Shown here: positions 15,641 through 25,944 of the stretch, piece after piece
Layout: each line of letters begins with the position of its first letter
How positions within the stretch are numbered: the stretch's first letter is position 1
DNA from: a virus
Taxonomy: Duplodnaviria > Caudoviricetes
Direction: 5' to 3' (one strand)
IMG/VR virus record: IMGVR_UViG_3300022930_000017
Location: 1 to 38,443 of that record
Length of the DNA: 38,443 bases
Notes under the pieces: generated by a model
What the model saw: the letters and a program-made list of their open reading frames with translations, nothing else
What the model was told of the DNA's origin: nothing
Databases searched by the model: none
Program-made: the position numbers and the translations under genes

Positions 15641-15863
15641 TGAACAATTAATTGACAGTTACCCGAACTGGGAAGAGCCTGTTTTCTCTATTAGGGAAGA
15701 TAATTATAGAGTGGATTACAAGAGTAAACAAACTGATAGAAAGCTTGGAGTAGAATTGCCAATCAAGTCTTTTGAAACTACAGACGAAGCTCAAATAGCT
15801 GCTTTGCATAAAAGTATGAATATATGTTTAAGCGATATGATAGGACAGGTAGAAAATGCTTAA
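15633..15863 (+). CDS. Hypothetical protein
   Basis: MFNEQLIDSYP...; overlaps the previous stop. Confidence 0.55.
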   Translation: MFNEQLIDSYPNWEEPVFSIREDNYRVDYKSKQTDRKLGVELPIKSFETTDEAQIAALHKSMNICLSDMIGQVENA

Positions 15864-15965
15864 CTGGATATTAAAACCATTGCGTCCATTAGCTAGATGG
15901 ATATTGTTTAAGTCCGAAAGAACGGATGACTAGTATGTTAAAAATTAACCAGTATAATCAATAAC

Positions 15966-16235
15966 ATGGCAGCACGTACAAGAAAAATAACATTAAGCGA
16001 TGAATGGAAAGAGAAAATACGCATCTCCCATATCATAAATAGATTATCACAAAGCTTTGATGGTGAGCTAGAACTAACTGCAGACCAGATAAGAATAGCT
16101 GATATGTTGTTAAAGAAAGTTGTCCCTGATTTAGCTAGAGTAGATGGAACTATGGAGCATAGCGGCGAAATAGATATTATAAATGTGGTAAAGAAACTAG
16201 ATGGACAAAGCTCAGGCTTACCAAAGATTGAGTGA
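15966..16235 (+). CDS. terS: Terminase small subunit
   Basis: KEKIRISHIINRL...ELTADQIRIADMLLKKVVPDL..EHSGEI; directly upstream of TerL. Confidence 0.8.
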   Translation: MAARTRKITLSDEWKEKIRISHIINRLSQSFDGELELTADQIRIADMLLKKVVPDLARVDGTMEHSGEIDIINVVKKLDGQSSGLPKIE

Positions 16236-17733
16236 GTATTTAGGCAACCAGCAATGGCGCTTAAACAACCTGTACCATATACGCAATAAGGATGGCCAGA
16301 AGACGTTGCTTAAGTTCAACTGGGCGCAGCATTCTTTTATGAGGGCTATTTGGTACTTCAATGTTATCTTAAAAGCTAGGCAGTTAGGCTTTTCTACAAT
16401 GATTACAATATACTTCCTTGATTGTGCTTTATTCAACAGCAACCATAAATGCGGTATTATTGATAGCGGTATTGATGACGCTAAGAAGAAACTTAAGATG
16501 ATTAAGTATGCTTATGACAATATCCCTGACTATGTAAAGAATGACCCTAATGTTGGTTTGCCTAACATGACTACAAACGCTGCAGAGCTGGTTGAGTTTG
16601 ATAACGGCTCCGGTATATCAGTTGGAACATCACATCGTGGTGATACATTGCAGAAGCTATTGATTAGTGAATATGGTAAAGTATCAGCAGCTACACCAGA
16701 GAAAGCACGTGAGATTAAAACAGGTGCGTTGAATGCTGTTGGTATTGGACAGCAGATATTTGTAGAATCCACAGCAGAAGGTAAATCAGGTGAGTTCTAC
16801 GATTTATGTCAATCAGCTATTAACCTAAACAATATTGGCAGGCCTTTAAGCAGGTTAGAGCCTAAGTTTCATTTCTACGCATGGTTTGATAATCCAGACT
16901 ACCAGTTGAGTGATGAAGAAACACTTGGTGTTGTTATACCTATTGGAACAGCTGAGTATTTAGCTAAGTTCCCTCAGCTCACAGCTAATCAAAGAGCTTG
17001 GTATGCTGTTAAAGAACGCTTGATGGGTGAAGATATGAAGCGTGAGTATCCTTCAACACCTGCAGAGGCGTTTGAAGGCTCAATGGAAGGCGCTTACTAC
17101 AGCAAAGAGATGGCTCAGGTGAGAAGGCAAGGACAACTAACAAACGTAGCTTATGATAGCTCTTATCCTGTTAATACCTATTGGGATATTGGGCAAGGCT
17201 CAGACCAGATGTCTATCATCTTCTACCAGAAGATTAACAACCGCCATAACGTTATCAATTATCATGAGTCTAGCAATGAAGGCTGGGCTTTCTATGCTAA
17301 TCTGTTTAAATCATTTGGATATACATACGATACGCATTACTTCCCGCATGACGGCAATAAGAAGATTATAGGTACGGAAGTATTCACAACTAAGCAATTA
17401 GCTGAGCAGGTAGGTATTAGACCGATTAAGATTGTCCAAGTTACTAAGTCAGTGCATCTTGATATAATGAACTATTGCAAACCTTTGCTTCCTAATGTAT
17501 GGTTTGATGAGTCTAAGTGTTCGTTACTGATAAATAGGTTAGATAATTATTCACGTAGATGGGATAGAATTAACGGTATGTGGTTGAATGACCCTAGACA
17601 TGACGAAGCATCTCATGGTGCTGATAGTTTTAGAACTATGGTTATGGCAATACACAGCCACAAAGAAGAAACGGTTGAAAAGGTAATACCTCCCGGGTAT
17701 TTTGCTACAACATCATACAGTCGTAGGAACTAA
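16201..17733 (+). CDS. terL: Terminase large subunit
   Basis: ILKARQLGFST, LLISEYG, ESTAEG, REYPSTPAEAF, YWDIG, FPHDG, SHGADSFR. Confidence 0.96.
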   Translation: MDKAQAYQRLSEYLGNQQWRLNNLYHIRNKDGQKTLLKFNWAQHSFMRAIWYFNVILKARQLGFSTMITIYFLDCALFNSNHKCGIIDSGIDDAKKKLKMIKYAYDNIPDYVKNDPNVGLPNMTTNAAELVEFDNGSGISVGTSHRGDTLQKLLISEYGKVSAATPEKAREIKTGALNAVGIGQQIFVESTAEGKSGEFYDLCQSAINLNNIGRPLSRLEPKFHFYAWFDNPDYQLSDEETLGVVIPIGTAEYLAKFPQLTANQRAWYAVKERLMGEDMKREYPSTPAEAFEGSMEGAYYSKEMAQVRRQGQLTNVAYDSSYPVNTYWDIGQGSDQMSIIFYQKINNRHNVINYHESSNEGWAFYANLFKSFGYTYDTHYFPHDGNKKIIGTEVFTTKQLAEQVGIRPIKIVQVTKSVHLDIMNYCKPLLPNVWFDESKCSLLINRLDNYSRRWDRINGMWLNDPRHDEASHGADSFRTMVMAIHSHKEETVEKVIPPGYFATTSYSRRN

Positions 17734-20033
17734 TGGCTAAAGAAAAACTAGCAGAAAACAAGATAGTCAGTGACATGCTGAAAGACTTTAGGCTATCTGC
17801 CGACGCTGAAGCTGACAACAGAACACGCGCATTAGAAGTTCTAGACTTTACAAGACCCGGTGCTGACCAATGGACTGCTAATCAAGTTAAAGCCCGTGGC
17901 AACCGCGCTACATATTCATTCAATCAACTACCTAAGTTTGGCCGTCAGGTTATTAACGACCAATGGCAGAACGCACCACAGATTAAATATATCCCTAAGA
18001 ACGGAACTAACGTAGATAAAGCTGAATTACTTGAAGATAAGGTTAGAGAGGTTCAAGCTAGTGGAAGCGCACAAACAGCTTATAAGCTAGCTATTGCATC
18101 ACAGGTTAATATCGGTTGGGGTTATTTCGCATTCGGTACATGTTACGATAATGATGAGAATAACGACCAGAACGTATATATCCGTCAGATAGAAAATACA
18201 TTCCAGATTTATGATGACCCTACAACAAGAGAGCAGGATAGAAGCGATAGACGCTTCCTAATTGAAATTGAGGATATGCCTCGCTCTGAGTTCAATTCAG
18301 GCCATGAAGATGTAGAATATTCTGCTAGTGACTTAGTGTCTATTGGTGATGATTATCCTGATTGGGCTAATGTTGGCAAAGATATTGTTCGTGTAGCGCA
18401 TTACTGGCGCATTGAATATGATAAGTCTAAGCTTTGGTCACATAAAGAAACCGGTGAAGTAACTAAAGAAAAGCCTAAGAACAAAGACGACTACAATGAG
18501 CGCGAGATTAAGAAGCCGCGTGTAATGTATTACAAATGCACAGCATTAGATAAGCTTGAGGAAAGACAATGGGAAGGCTCTTATATTCCATTCTGCTTTG
18601 TTGAAGGTGTTAAGACCATTGTTGATGGAAAGGTTTATTACACTGGTATCTATGAAGATATGCTATCAACTCAGGTGTTGTATAACTACGCAACTAACAC
18701 AGCTATTGAGCTTGCAGAATCTGCACCTATCTCTCCGTTTGTAGGAGATAGCAGAGCATTTAAAGGCTTTGAAAAGTACTACGATGAGGCAAATACTAAA
18801 AACTTCGGCTATTTACCTTATAACGGCGTAGGAGATAACGACCAGCCTATCCCGCCACCACAACGCTTACAAAACTCTGCTGACCTTTCCAGTGCTGTTA
18901 ATCTTATCCAAATGGCTGAGCAAAACTTCTATGGTACATCAGGTATTTATCCAGCATCATTAGGACAGGAGAGCAACGAAAAGTCTGGCAAGGCTATTAT
19001 TGCCCGTCAACGCGAAGGTGATGTATCTACATCTAACTATTCAGACGCATTTGCACGTGCTTTGCAATATGGTGGCGTGATATTCAAAGATTTAGCTAAG
19101 AAGATTTATGATGGTGCGAGAGAAATACAGGTAATGAGCGAGGATAAGAAAACCCGCTCAGTTAAGATTAACAAACGCTACAAAGATGAAAAGACTGGCA
19201 AGCCAATGCATTTCGACCTCACTGAGGGTGATTACGAGGTAATGGTTACAACAGGTGCAAGCTATACAACTAAGCGCGAAGAAGCTAGGGAAGCACAAAT
19301 ACAGCTATTCCAAGCAGCACCTGCCGCAATGTTGCCTGCTTTACCTATGATTATCCGTAATATGGATTGGCCGGGTGCCGATAAAACAGCAGATGCAGTT
19401 GAACGTGGATTACCACCTGAGCTTAGAGACCCTGAGCAGATGGAAGAACAAATGCGTGATATTCCACCTATTGTTGCTCAGCAATTACAGCAAGCTCAGC
19501 AGATTATTGAGCAATTAGGCGCTCAGTTGCAGCAATCACAACAGGAATTAGCAGATAAACAGGCAGATTTACAGCTTAAAGACGCTGATTTGCAGTTGAA
19601 ACAGCAAGAATTGCAGAAAGATATGGCAAGCGATACCATGAAAAACCAGACTGACCAAATGAAATTACAGGTTGATATGGCTAAAAACCAGCTTGAAATG
19701 GAAAAGATAGCGTTTGAACGTGAAAAGCTAGAGTTAGACAATACACGCAGAATGGAAGACTTCCAGCGCAACCTAGAAAAAGTACAGGGCGAAGTAGAAT
19801 CATTAGCTCAAGATACAACATTACAAGCTCAGGAACTATCAGAACAAGATGGCGGCATGGATGAAGAACAGGCTCAAGAGTTGAATGGGCAGGTTGAGGT
19901 TATTGGTATTCTTGCTCAGCAAGTAGCTGGATTACAGCAATCATTTGAACAATTCGCAGTTGCAGTTAATGCTCCTCGTCAGATAGTACGCGACCCTAAT
20001 ACTGGTTTAGTTAGCGGCGTTGTTACAGTGTAG
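17733..20033 (+). CDS. Portal protein (P22-like)
   Basis: DQW...FNQLPKF.RQVIND, SGKAIIARQREG, GASYTTKREEA; long C-terminal coiled coil. Confidence 0.93.
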   Translation: MAKEKLAENKIVSDMLKDFRLSADAEADNRTRALEVLDFTRPGADQWTANQVKARGNRATYSFNQLPKFGRQVINDQWQNAPQIKYIPKNGTNVDKAELLEDKVREVQASGSAQTAYKLAIASQVNIGWGYFAFGTCYDNDENNDQNVYIRQIENTFQIYDDPTTREQDRSDRRFLIEIEDMPRSEFNSGHEDVEYSASDLVSIGDDYPDWANVGKDIVRVAHYWRIEYDKSKLWSHKETGEVTKEKPKNKDDYNEREIKKPRVMYYKCTALDKLEERQWEGSYIPFCFVEGVKTIVDGKVYYTGIYEDMLSTQVLYNYATNTAIELAESAPISPFVGDSRAFKGFEKYYDEANTKNFGYLPYNGVGDNDQPIPPPQRLQNSADLSSAVNLIQMAEQNFYGTSGIYPASLGQESNEKSGKAIIARQREGDVSTSNYSDAFARALQYGGVIFKDLAKKIYDGAREIQVMSEDKKTRSVKINKRYKDEKTGKPMHFDLTEGDYEVMVTTGASYTTKREEAREAQIQLFQAAPAAMLPALPMIIRNMDWPGADKTADAVERGLPPELRDPEQMEEQMRDIPPIVAQQLQQAQQIIEQLGAQLQQSQQELADKQADLQLKDADLQLKQQELQKDMASDTMKNQTDQMKLQVDMAKNQLEMEKIAFEREKLELDNTRRMEDFQRNLEKVQGEVESLAQDTTLQAQELSEQDGGMDEEQAQELNGQVEVIGILAQQVAGLQQSFEQFAVAVNAPRQIVRDPNTGLVSGVVTV

Positions 20034-20039
20034 GTAAAT

Positions 20040-20441
20040 ATGTTTGGAGGCTTCCAAAGTAGCGGATTCCAGAGCGGTTATCAAATTGTTATTGCTGGCA
20101 ATGTAGCTCCAATACCTGCTTATAATGGAAACAGCATTGAAGAATATAAATCTTCAGCTCATGAACTGGCAAGAATAGCTAAAGAAACAGCATTCTATGC
20201 TAATAAAATCCAAGAGACTAAGAACGAACAACGCGCCATTGAGTACAAACTTGATGATTTAGAATTTCGCAGATTAAGAGATTTAGCTGACGAGCAAATG
20301 CAACTAGAGTTGTTAATGTTGCTGCAAGAACAGCAGAGACTGCAGCTATTACTGATTCAACTACAGCAAAAAGAATTAATGATACTGAGAGACGAGGACG
20401 ATATTCTCACTATCTTAATGAGCCTACCATTCTACGCTTGA
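20040..20441 (+). CDS. Hypothetical head-module protein
   Basis: FQSSGFQSGYQ N-terminus, coiled coil, EDDILTIL end. Confidence 0.7.
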   Translation: MFGGFQSSGFQSGYQIVIAGNVAPIPAYNGNSIEEYKSSAHELARIAKETAFYANKIQETKNEQRAIEYKLDDLEFRRLRDLADEQMQLELLMLLQEQQRLQLLLIQLQQKELMILRDEDDILTILMSLPFYA

Positions 20442-20467
20442 CAAACCCAAAACATAAGGAATATAAT
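20438..20467 (+). promoter_or_regulatory. Consensus sigma70-type promoter abutting scaffold start
   Basis: TTGACA-N18-TATAAT immediately followed by ATG 20468. Confidence 0.55.
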
Positions 20468-21334
20468 ATGAATGAAGATACAGAAGTAGTTATCGACTCT
20501 ACGGTGACACCAGATGTAACAGACAGATTTGAGGTTGAAACTAATATAGAGCCTGAACCGAAGCAAGAAGTAGCCGAGGAAAGCCCTAAAGAAGTTATCG
20601 ACAAGCCAGAGACGGAACCTAAACAGGAACCGCAAGAGCCAAAATCTACAATTTCCCGTAATGCACAGAAAAAGGCTGCAAGAGAGCTTTTAATTCGTGA
20701 GAATGCCATAAAAGATGAGCGTATTAGACATCTTGAAGCAGAGTTCGCTAAATTAAATCCTCAGGAGCCTAAGCCAGAAGTTAAGCAAGAGCGGGATTAC
20801 TCCAAAGAACCTAACATCACAGATTATGAAGATGTCTTAGAATACAACCGCGATATTGCTAAGTATGAAGCACGCCAAGCATTCCAAGAAGAAACATCTA
20901 AGTTAAGTAAGCAGAAACAAATTGAAGCTTTTGAAGAGAAAGCGGATGTATTGAGAGCTGAAAAACCTGATTTTGATGAGAAGTTACTAGCAGTGCGTCA
21001 AAGCGGTTTAGTAGAGCCTCAAGTAGAAGATGCAATTATGTCTTCTGGTATGAGTGCTGAAGTTCTTTACCATCTAGCGCAATATCCTAGTGATTTGGTT
21101 CAATTAAGAGGTCTTCCAAAAGAATTACTGCCTAAAGCTATGAAGACTATTGAAGCTTTCATAAAACAGGGCGCAACAGTAGAAGAAAAACCAAGAGTAA
21201 CAAAGGCACAACCTCCAATTACTCCTCCGGGCAATACAGCTAAAACCGATAGGTCTATAAACTCGTATACTCAGGAAGAAATAGAAAACATGCCTTTGGA
21301 TGAATACAACAAACGATTTAACGTAAAACGCTAG
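20468..21334 (+). CDS. Scaffolding protein
   Basis: Acidic/Pro-rich N-terminus, EVLYHLAQYP, TKAQPPITP, MPLDEY; between portal and coat. Confidence 0.85.
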   Translation: MNEDTEVVIDSTVTPDVTDRFEVETNIEPEPKQEVAEESPKEVIDKPETEPKQEPQEPKSTISRNAQKKAARELLIRENAIKDERIRHLEAEFAKLNPQEPKPEVKQERDYSKEPNITDYEDVLEYNRDIAKYEARQAFQEETSKLSKQKQIEAFEEKADVLRAEKPDFDEKLLAVRQSGLVEPQVEDAIMSSGMSAEVLYHLAQYPSDLVQLRGLPKELLPKAMKTIEAFIKQGATVEEKPRVTKAQPPITPPGNTAKTDRSINSYTQEEIENMPLDEYNKRFNVKR

Positions 21335-21375
21335 GTGGGTAAAATCCCCTAGCATAACAACTAGGGGACTGCCAC

Positions 21376-22614
21376 ATGCCGAATATTGTACCAATTCAAA
21401 CAATCATTGCTAAGCGTATGCTTTCAAGATTGCAAAACAAACTACCAATGACAACTTATGCTAATAAGGATTTCCAAGCCGATTTAGCTAACCGTGAACG
21501 TCGTGACGGTGGTATCATCAACATTACTAAACCACCTCTATTTGATGTGCGTTCTGGTGAGGTTATGGAAGTTCAATCAACTGTAATTCCAGCTATCTCA
21601 ACAAACTTGAACATGTTTGGTGTTGATATTTCTGCTTCACAACTAGACCTACAGATTTCTTATGATGCTGTAGAACAAGGTATGATTGACGGTGTTCTAG
21701 ACGGTGCTGCGGCAGCTCTTGCTGCTAAAGTTGAGTCAGACGGTTTCAACCTAGCTCTTAAAGTTGCTAACGTAGTTGGTACTCCGGGTACTGCAGTTAC
21801 TGACCCGGGTGTTTTAGCAACAGCTGGTGCTTTAATTACATCTAACGGTGGTTTGATTGGTTCAAACACACGTATTGGTCTATTGAACAGCTTCCAGAAT
21901 GCTAACTTCGCTACTGGTGTTAAGAACTACTTTAATCCAACAGGTGTTGTAAGCAAAGCTTATGCTGACGGACGTTTGGGTGAAGGTTATGGCTTTGACT
22001 TGTATGACGAGCCGGTTGCTTCAACATTCACTTCAGGTACATACGGTGGTACTCCACTAGTTAACGGTTCATTGCTAGGCGGTGGTAACGTTATCGTAAC
22101 TGACGCATGGACTGCAGCTTCATTCTTGAACGTTGGTGACACATTCACAATTGCTGGTGTATTTAACCGTAACCCACAATCTAAAGCGTCAACAGGTAAC
22201 TTGAAGCCTTTTGTAGTAGCTGCTTTGTCAACTGCTGATGGTTCAGGTAACATGACAATCACTATCGGTGAAGATGGTATTATTGCTTCTGGCCCACGTC
22301 AGAACGTAGTAATCACTGCTGCAGCCGGTGCTGATAACTCACCACTAACTGTTACATCTGGTGCATCAAACACAACATCAAAACAATCATTGGTGTATGA
22401 CAAAAATGCATTCACATTTGCAATGGTTCCATTGGCGAAAGTACCTACAAACCTAGGTGTTGAGTCAACTGTTGTTAACGACAAAATGAGTGGTCTGTCT
22501 ATCTCTATGAAAGAGTTTTATGATGGACGTACTAACCAACGTATGGTGCGTTTCGACGTATTGTATGCATGGTTAGAAACATACCCACAAATTGCTGCTC
22601 GTATTCTAGGTTAA
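21376..22614 (+). CDS. Major capsid protein (P22 gp5-like)
   Basis: LNVGDTFTIAGVF..NPQSK.STG.LKPF, LVYDKNAFTFAMVPL, RFDVLYAW. Confidence 0.93.
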   Translation: MPNIVPIQTIIAKRMLSRLQNKLPMTTYANKDFQADLANRERRDGGIINITKPPLFDVRSGEVMEVQSTVIPAISTNLNMFGVDISASQLDLQISYDAVEQGMIDGVLDGAAAALAAKVESDGFNLALKVANVVGTPGTAVTDPGVLATAGALITSNGGLIGSNTRIGLLNSFQNANFATGVKNYFNPTGVVSKAYADGRLGEGYGFDLYDEPVASTFTSGTYGGTPLVNGSLLGGGNVIVTDAWTAASFLNVGDTFTIAGVFNRNPQSKASTGNLKPFVVAALSTADGSGNMTITIGEDGIIASGPRQNVVITAAAGADNSPLTVTSGASNTTSKQSLVYDKNAFTFAMVPLAKVPTNLGVESTVVNDKMSGLSISMKEFYDGRTNQRMVRFDVLYAWLETYPQIAARILG

Positions 22615-22637
22615 TATAAATATAAAAGGAGACTATC

Positions 22638-23033
22638 ATGGCTATTGCTACAACAATTAATAAAACATCGTTGCTTCAAAACAACGCTAATCCACAACCA
22701 GACACACTACGTAACACATTCAATGTTGTTACACTAGCTGCAGCTGGCACAGTTCAGGCTGATGCTACTGCAATTGGTAACGTAGCGCCTTTCGTTATCG
22801 TAAGCAATAATACTGCTGCTAACGGTTTGGTTTTACCAGCAGCTGCTTACATCGGACAGGAAATTACTATCTATCCAGCATTGATTACTAATGCTCCTAA
22901 GATATATCCTCCAGTAGGCGGTACTATCAATTCTGGTGCAGTAAATGCTTCAGTTGCGACAACAGCTCGTAAAGCGGTGCAATACACCTCTATTGACCGT
23001 ACTGGTCTAAACTGGGTAACTAACGGATTATAG
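22638..23033 (+). CDS. Probable capsid decoration/minor virion protein
   Basis: AAAGTVQADATAI...GLVLP...IYPPVGGTIN; follows the coat gene; AAGGAG RBS. Confidence 0.6.
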   Translation: MAIATTINKTSLLQNNANPQPDTLRNTFNVVTLAAAGTVQADATAIGNVAPFVIVSNNTAANGLVLPAAAYIGQEITIYPALITNAPKIYPPVGGTINSGAVNASVATTARKAVQYTSIDRTGLNWVTNGL

Positions 23034-23041
23034 GAGTTATT

Positions 23042-23365
23042 ATGACAATTAAGAAAACAGAGACTAAGACTATTGAAGAACGTAAAGAAGAAGCACAAAA
23101 GATTGCTGACACTATTGTTCCTAAAAGTGCAGGCGCATTGCTAGAAGCTGCTCGTAAAGCAGATACTCGTGCAGAAGCTGACGCACAAACTAACAAAACA
23201 ACTGACCCTAATGAAGTTAATATTGTTAAGCAACTTGACCCTGAAACTGAGGCTCAACTAACTGCTAAGCAAAAGCCTATTTCTGATGCAGAGTACGAAC
23301 GCCGTACAAAGCTAGATGTAAGTGATGCTAACTATATTAATCCTTCTCTAGAACACGGTAAATAA
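23042..23365 (+). CDS. Hypothetical protein
   Basis: 107 aa; AGGAG RBS. Confidence 0.7.
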   Translation: MTIKKTETKTIEERKEEAQKIADTIVPKSAGALLEAARKADTRAEADAQTNKTTDPNEVNIVKQLDPETEAQLTAKQKPISDAEYERRTKLDVSDANYINPSLEHGK

Positions 23366-23367
23366 AA

Positions 23368-24081
23368 ATGGCATATACCGCCCTAAATCTAATAACTGAT
23401 GTGTTGCTAGATATGGGCGTTATTGCTGATGAGCAAACTCCTACGGCTTCACAGGCTGTGGGAGCGCTCACAAAGCTTAACGACCTTATTGAAGCTTGGA
23501 ATCTAGACACACTGAAAGTATACGGTGCCAAGCAGTATATCTTACCTCTGGTTCCAAATCAGGGGACATACACGATAGGTACAGGCGGTAACTTAGATGT
23601 GCCGCGCCCTATTCTTATTACAAAGGCTTTTATTCGTCAAAACACCGGTGTTCCTGCTAATCAATATGATTACCCTGTGGAAGTGTTGACTAACGAAGAA
23701 TGGTCTGAATTACCAAACAAAGCTATAACGGGGACATTTCCTTATGCTGTTTGGTTTAATGAAACATATCCATATATTCAATTAAACGTATCTCCGGTTC
23801 CTACGGGGAGCAATTACAGTCTGATTTTTTGGGCAGACGGTATGGGCGGAGAGTTGACTTTAAATACAACTCTCCAACTGCCTCCGGGATATAAACGTGC
23901 GCTTAAATACGCTTTGTTTATGGAGTTAGCACCGGGTTATCAGATTGAAACACCTGCAGCTATTGCAGCTTTAGCATCATCATCAAAGCATCAAATTGAT
24001 GTATATAACTTACAACTAAACGAATTAAATATAAACCGTGGTTACTGGTTTGACATCTACTCTAATAGAATAAGGGGCTAA
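23368..24081 (+). CDS. Head-tail adaptor (P22 gp4-like)
   Basis: TALNLITDVLLDMGV...ALTKLNDLIEAW...LPPGYKRALKY.L..ELAP.Y. Confidence 0.8.
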   Translation: MAYTALNLITDVLLDMGVIADEQTPTASQAVGALTKLNDLIEAWNLDTLKVYGAKQYILPLVPNQGTYTIGTGGNLDVPRPILITKAFIRQNTGVPANQYDYPVEVLTNEEWSELPNKAITGTFPYAVWFNETYPYIQLNVSPVPTGSNYSLIFWADGMGGELTLNTTLQLPPGYKRALKYALFMELAPGYQIETPAAIAALASSSKHQIDVYNLQLNELNINRGYWFDIYSNRIRG

Positions 24082-24083
24082 TT

Positions 24084-25487
24084 TTGGAAGCAGGGGTAGT
24101 CGGAGGTAGTTCACAAGAACTTTCTTTACCGTTTAACGCGGAAAGAACCGTCAATATGTACGCAGTTGTAGACCAGCGCGGCAAGAAACCTGCATCATTA
24201 TATGCAAGACCGGGTAATAATCTATTCGCTACTGTTGGTGTTGGTGCAGGACGTGTGGGATTTGCATCTACTAATGGTCGTGTGTTCGTAGTATCTGGCG
24301 CTGTTTTATATGAAGTAAACGTTGATGGAACAAGTATTTCACGCGGTAGCTTATTACAGAGCGCAGGCAATATAACTGTTGCAGAAAACGGTTTTCAACT
24401 AGCTATATGTGATGGAACTGATTTATATATCCTGAAATACTCTGATAATACATTCCAGCGTGTGGTTAGTGCTAACCTTCCAAGTGCTGCAAGTGTTATA
24501 TTTCTTGATGGTTATTTCATTGTTAACCGCGCATTAAATAGCGGTATCTTTCAAATATCTGCACCTTATGACGGAACTACATGGGCTGCATTAGACTTTG
24601 CAACTGCCGAGTCATCACCTGATAGCTTGGTTAGGGTTGCTAATATCTATGGTCAATTATGGTTGTTTGGTGCGTTTTCTATAGAGATATGGAGCAATAC
24701 AGGTGCTGCATCATTCCCATTTCAGAGGGTTAATAGTTCTGCAAAGCTTTCTGTTGGTACTGTAGCCCCTTTTTCAGTGTTAGAACTGGATAATACGGGC
24801 TATTGGATAGGTAAAGATATAAACGGTGTTGGTATAGTATATAAAGCTAATGGATTCACTCCTGAGCGGGTTTCTACTGAGCCTATTGAGCTTAGATTGC
24901 AGAGTGCGCCAGACCCTTCGTCATTAAAAGCTTTAGCATATCAGGAAGCAGGGCATATATTTTACATGATAACAGGCGGCGGCATGGAAACTGCGCTTGT
25001 GTTGGATATTTCAACTAAATTATGGTCTGAATGGTCTTATCTGAATAGTTTTGGTGAGTATGAGCTGCCACTGACTAACTATTTATTCTTTGCATTTGGT
25101 AAAACGCTAGGATTAGACAGAAATAACGGCAATATTTATCATCAAGCACAGCAATATTATTCTGATAATGGTGATGAAATAGCAAGGGATAGGACATTCA
25201 CGCATATATTTGATAACGGCAATCCTTTCTTGATTAAGAATTTGACAATTAACTTTGAAACAGGTGTGGGTAATGCAAACCTGCCAGACCCTAAAGTTAT
25301 GCTATATCTATCAAATGATGGCGGGCGTTCATTCTATACTTATTTTGAATGCCAATTAGGTAAAATAGGTAAATTCCTATCACGTGTTGTATTCTGGAGA
25401 TTAGGTCGTCATAGACAATGTACTTTCAGAGTAAGGGTAACTGATGCAGTTAAATGCGTTATAACCGGTGGGAGTTTTAACGACTGA
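24084..25487 (+). CDS. Packaged DNA stabilisation/tail hub protein (P22 gp10-like)
   Basis: FLDGYFI, LDFATAESSPD, LWLFG..SIEIW.NTG, SNDGGRSF, WRLGR; TTG start. Confidence 0.9.
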   Translation: MEAGVVGGSSQELSLPFNAERTVNMYAVVDQRGKKPASLYARPGNNLFATVGVGAGRVGFASTNGRVFVVSGAVLYEVNVDGTSISRGSLLQSAGNITVAENGFQLAICDGTDLYILKYSDNTFQRVVSANLPSAASVIFLDGYFIVNRALNSGIFQISAPYDGTTWAALDFATAESSPDSLVRVANIYGQLWLFGAFSIEIWSNTGAASFPFQRVNSSAKLSVGTVAPFSVLELDNTGYWIGKDINGVGIVYKANGFTPERVSTEPIELRLQSAPDPSSLKALAYQEAGHIFYMITGGGMETALVLDISTKLWSEWSYLNSFGEYELPLTNYLFFAFGKTLGLDRNNGNIYHQAQQYYSDNGDEIARDRTFTHIFDNGNPFLIKNLTINFETGVGNANLPDPKVMLYLSNDGGRSFYTYFECQLGKIGKFLSRVVFWRLGRHRQCTFRVRVTDAVKCVITGGSFND

Positions 25488-25900
25488 TGTTTAATGAAGC
25501 GCCAATTTCGGAGAGAGTAGTAGATGAAAATGATAAGGCACGTCCTGCATGGGTTGAGTTCTTTTCGCTATTAACTAGAGGTGATATAGGTACAACATGG
25601 AATCCAAACATAGTCAATTTAGGCTCTGTTGGAGCGCCGACAATTACAGGTGTTTATTACCAGAATAATGGATTTACAGACTTTGCTATAAAGATAGTTC
25701 CTACAACTAATACAAGCTCTGTGTTGGGCAGTACATCAGTATTATTGCCGTTTAACGCTACGGTTGATACAGGTGCTTTTGTTATAGCAGGAAATACATC
25801 ATCAACAGCAATTGTTAACTCATCAAGTGATACGTTGTTCTTTCCTACATGGACTAACATAACAAGTACAATAAGTATTACAGGACGAGTAAAGAACTAA
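25487..25900 (+). CDS. Virion protein (position of the P22 tail needle gene)
   Basis: EAP...VD....RPAWVEFF N-terminus; follows the gp10-like gene. Confidence 0.6.
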   Translation: MFNEAPISERVVDENDKARPAWVEFFSLLTRGDIGTTWNPNIVNLGSVGAPTITGVYYQNNGFTDFAIKIVPTTNTSSVLGSTSVLLPFNATVDTGAFVIAGNTSSTAIVNSSSDTLFFPTWTNITSTISITGRVKN

Positions 25901-25944
25901 TGGATTATTTGAATTAATTTAGCTAATATAATTACGGGGAATTT

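Noticed and set aside
25901-25944. Promoter before the ejection genes
   Set aside because: TATAAT is present but no correctly spaced -35; not called.
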